NCBI GenBank assembly: GCA_046563655.1 | Contig: JAJCTO010000009.1 | Coordinates: 186,001 to 250,000 of the forward strand | Length of the DNA: 64,000 bases | From: Yuukianura sp. NJ FZ-2021 | Lineage: Eukaryota | Direction of reading: 5' to 3' | Shown here: positions 60,901 through 64,000 of the stretch, in pieces | Layout of the letters: each line of letters begins with the position of its first letter | Position numbering within the stretch: the first letter of the stretch is position 1 | Position numbers and translations under genes: made by a program | The notes under the pieces: model-generated | Told to the model about the DNA's origin: nothing | Seen by the model: only the letters and a program-made list of their open reading frames with translations | Database searches by the model: none

Positions 60901-63900
60901 ACTCACCAAAAAGTCATTCTGGGCTATCTGAGGAGTCAAAATTGCAAACCGAAATTATGCTTGTGAAAGCCCATCTGAAGTGTTCCAAGCTAAATTTTTC
61001 TCCGAAAAATCCATTTTTTTCATTTATAACTCACCAAAAAGTCATTCTGGGCTATCTGAGGAGTCAAAATTGCAAACCGAAATTATGCTTGTGAAAGCCC
61101 ATCTGAAGTGTTCCAAGCTCAATTTTTCTCCGAAAAATCCATTTTTTTCATTTAAAACTCACCAAAAAGTCATTCTGGGCTATCTGAGGAGTCAAAATTG
61201 CAAACCGAAATTATGCCCATCTGAAGTGTTCCAAACTCAATTTTTCTCCGAAAAATCCATTTTTTTTCATTTATAACTCACCAAAAAGTCATTCTGGGCT
61301 ATCTGAGGAGTCAAAATTGCAAACCGAAATTATGCTTGTGAAAGCCCATCTGAAGTGTTCCAGACTCAATTTTTCTCTAAAAAATCCATTTTTTTCATTA
61401 AATACTCTTCAAAAGGTCATTCTGGGCTATCTGAGGAGTCAAAATTGCAAACCGAAATTATGCCCATCTGAAGTGTTCCAAACTCAATTTTTCTCCGAAA
61501 AATCCATTTTTTTTTCATTTAAAACTCACCAAAAAGTCATTCTGGGCTATCTGAGGAGTCAAAATTGCAAACCGAAATTATGCTTCTGAAAGCCCATCTG
61601 AAGTGTTCCAAGCTAAATTTTTCTCCGAAAAATCCATTTTTTTCATTTATAACTCACCAAAAAGTCATTCTGGGCTATCTGAGGAGTCAAAATTGCAAAC
61701 CGAAATTATGCTTGTGAAAGCCCATCTGAAGTGTTCCAAGCTAAATTTTTCTCCGAAAAATCCATTCTTTTTCATTTATAACTCACCAAAAAGTCATTCT
61801 GGGCTATCTGAGGAGTCAAAATTGCAAACCGAAATTATGCTTGTGAAAGCCCATCTGAAGTGTTCCAAGCTCAATTTTTCTCCGAAAAATCCATTCTTTT
61901 TCATTTATAACTCACCAAAAAGTCATTCTGGGCTATCTGAGGAGTCAAAATTGCAAACCGAAATTATGCTTGTGAAAGCCCATCTGAAGTGTTCCAAGCT
62001 AAATTTTTCACCAAAAAATCATTTTGTTTTCATTTAAAACTCACCAAAAAGTCATTCTGGGCTATCTGAGGAGTCAAAATTGCAAACCGAAATTATGCTT
62101 GTGAAAGCCCATCTGAAGTGTTCCAAGCTCAATTTTTCTCCGAAAAATCCATTTTTTTCATTTAAAACTCACCAAAAAGTCATTCTGGGCTATCTGAGGA
62201 GTCAAAATTGCAAACCGAAATTATGCTTGTGAAAGCCCATCTGAAGTGTTCCAAGCTCAATTTTTCTCCGAAAAATCCATTTTTTTTCATTTAAAACTCA
62301 CCAAAAAGTCATTCTGGGCTATCTGAGGAGTCAAAATTGCAAACCGAAATTATGCTTGTGAAAGCCCATCTGAAGTGTTCCAAGCTAAATTTTTCTCCGA
62401 AAAATCCATTTTTTTCATTTATAACTCACCAAAAAGTCATTCTGGGCTATCTGAGGAGTCAAAATTGCAAACCGAAATTATGCTTGTGAAAGCCCATCTG
62501 AAGTGTTCCAAGCTAAATTTTTCTCCGAAAAATCCATTCTTTTTCATTTATAACTCACCAAAAAGTCATTCTGGGCTATCTGAGGAGTCAAAATTGCAAA
62601 CCGAAATTATGCTTGTGAAAGCCCATCTGAAGTGTTCCAGACTCAATTTTTCTCCAAAAAATCCATTTTTTTCATTAAAATCTCCCCAAAAAGTCATTCT
62701 GGGCTATCTGAGGAGTCAAAATTGCAAACCGAAGTTATGCTTCTGAAAGCCCATCTGAAGTGTTCCAAGCTCAATTTTTCTTCGAAAAATCCATTTTTTT
62801 CATTTAAAACTCACCAAAAAGTCATTCTGGGCTATCTGAGGAGTCAAAATTGCAAACCGAAATTATGCTTGTGAAAGCCCATCTGAAGTGTTCCAAGCTC
62901 AATTTTTCTCCGAAAAATCCATTTTTTTTCATTTAAAACTCACCAAAAAGTCATTCTGGGCTATCTGAGGAGTCAAAATTGCAAACCGAAATTATGCTTG
63001 TGAAAGCCCATCTGAAGTGTTCCAAGCTAAATTTTTCTCCGAAAAATCCATTTTTTTCATTTATAACTCACCAAAAAGTCATTCTGGGCTATCTGAGGAG
63101 TCAAAATTGCAAACCGAAATTATGCTTGTGAAAGCCCATCTGAAGTGTTCCAAGCTAAATTTTTCTCCGAAAAATCCATTTTTTTCATTTATAACTCACC
63201 AAAAAGTCATTCTGGGCTATCTGAGGAGTCAAAATTGCAAACCGAAATTATGCTTGTGAAAGCCCATCTGAAGTGTTCCAAGCTAAATTTTTCTCCGAAA
63301 AATCCATTTTTTTCATTAAATACTCACCAAAAGGTCATTCTGGGCTATCTGAGGAGTCAAAATTGCAAACCGAAATTATGCTTGTGAAAGCCCATCTGAA
63401 GTGTTCCAAGCTCAATTTTTCTCCGAAAAATCCATTTTTTTCATTTAAAACTCACCAAAAAGTCATTCTGGGCTATCTGAGGAGTCAAAATTGCAAACCG
63501 AAATTATGCTTGTGAAAGCCCATCTGAAGTGTTCCAAGCTCAATTTTTCTCCGAAAAATCCATTTTTTTCATTTAAAACTCACCAAAAAGTCATTCTGGG
63601 CTATCTGAGGAGTCAAAATTGCAAACCGAAATTATGCTTGTGAAAGCCCATCTGAAGTGTTCCAAGCTAAATTTTTCTCCGAAAAATCCATTTTTTTCAT
63701 TTATAACTCACCAAAAAGTCATTCTGGGCTATCTGAGGAGTCAAAATTGCAAACGGAAATTATGCTTGTGAAAGCCCATCTGAAGTGTTCCAAGCTAAAT
63801 TTTTCTCTGAAAAATCCATTCTTTTTCATTTAAAACTCTCAAAAAAGTCATTCTGGGCTATCTGAGGAGTCAAAATTGCAAACCGAAATTATGCTTGTGA

Positions 63901-64000
63901 AAGCCCATCTGAAGTGTTCCAAGCTCAATTTTTCTCCGAAAAATCCATTTTTTTCATTTAAAACTCACCAAAAAGTCATTCTGGGCTATCTGAGGAGTCA
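54983..64000 (+). repeat. 128-bp satellite, subtype B (homogeneous part, runs off the window)
   Basis: Consensus CATTTAAAACTCACCAAAAAGTCATTCTGGGCTATCTGAGGAGTCAAAATTGCAAACCGAAATTATGCTTGTGAAAGCCCATCTGAAGTGTTCCAAGCTCAATTTTTCTCCGAAAAATCCATTTTTTT; no insertions. Confidence 0.98.

Noticed and set aside
784..64000. Dozens of 60-144 aa ORFs (MTKLDIGTLHMGFQK.., MQTEIMLVKAHLKCSK..)
   Set aside because: They are translations of the satellite monomer. Frames open and close with homopolymer length, many start at TTG or GTG, and there is no coding signature.
784..64000. CRISPR-like array of repeats
   Set aside because: Monomers abut directly with no unique spacers, there are no cas genes, and the context is eukaryotic.

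Overview
Eukaryotic (probably invertebrate animal) satellite or pericentromeric DNA, not a prokaryotic region. About 70% of the window is one head-to-tail family of ~128-bp AT-rich satellite monomers, all in one orientation. It has two subtypes (~85% identical by eye): type A on the left (~784-33770, with 3-mer-based higher-order structure), type B on the right (~50716-64000, increasingly homogeneous), and a mosaic zone between them. Four kinds of insertion interrupt the array. (1) A full-length BEL/Pao LTR retrotransposon (6634-20589, +, TSD GTACC). (2) A second, different BEL/Pao element nested antisense inside it (12615-19615, -, TSD GTTAC). (3) Two copies of a 1.14-kb non-autonomous TIR element (CCCCAGCAGCAA ends, 2-bp TSD). 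(4) Three copies of a 1.17-kb Helentron/DINE-1-like non-autonomous element. The left edge (1-783) is the 3' end of a different element with the same Helentron-type terminus, and it carries what look like the last two spliced exons of an unrecognised gene. An ~11.17-kb tandem segmental duplication explains the paired TE copies. Nearly all short ORFs in the track are satellite or antisense artefacts. All comparisons were made by eye.
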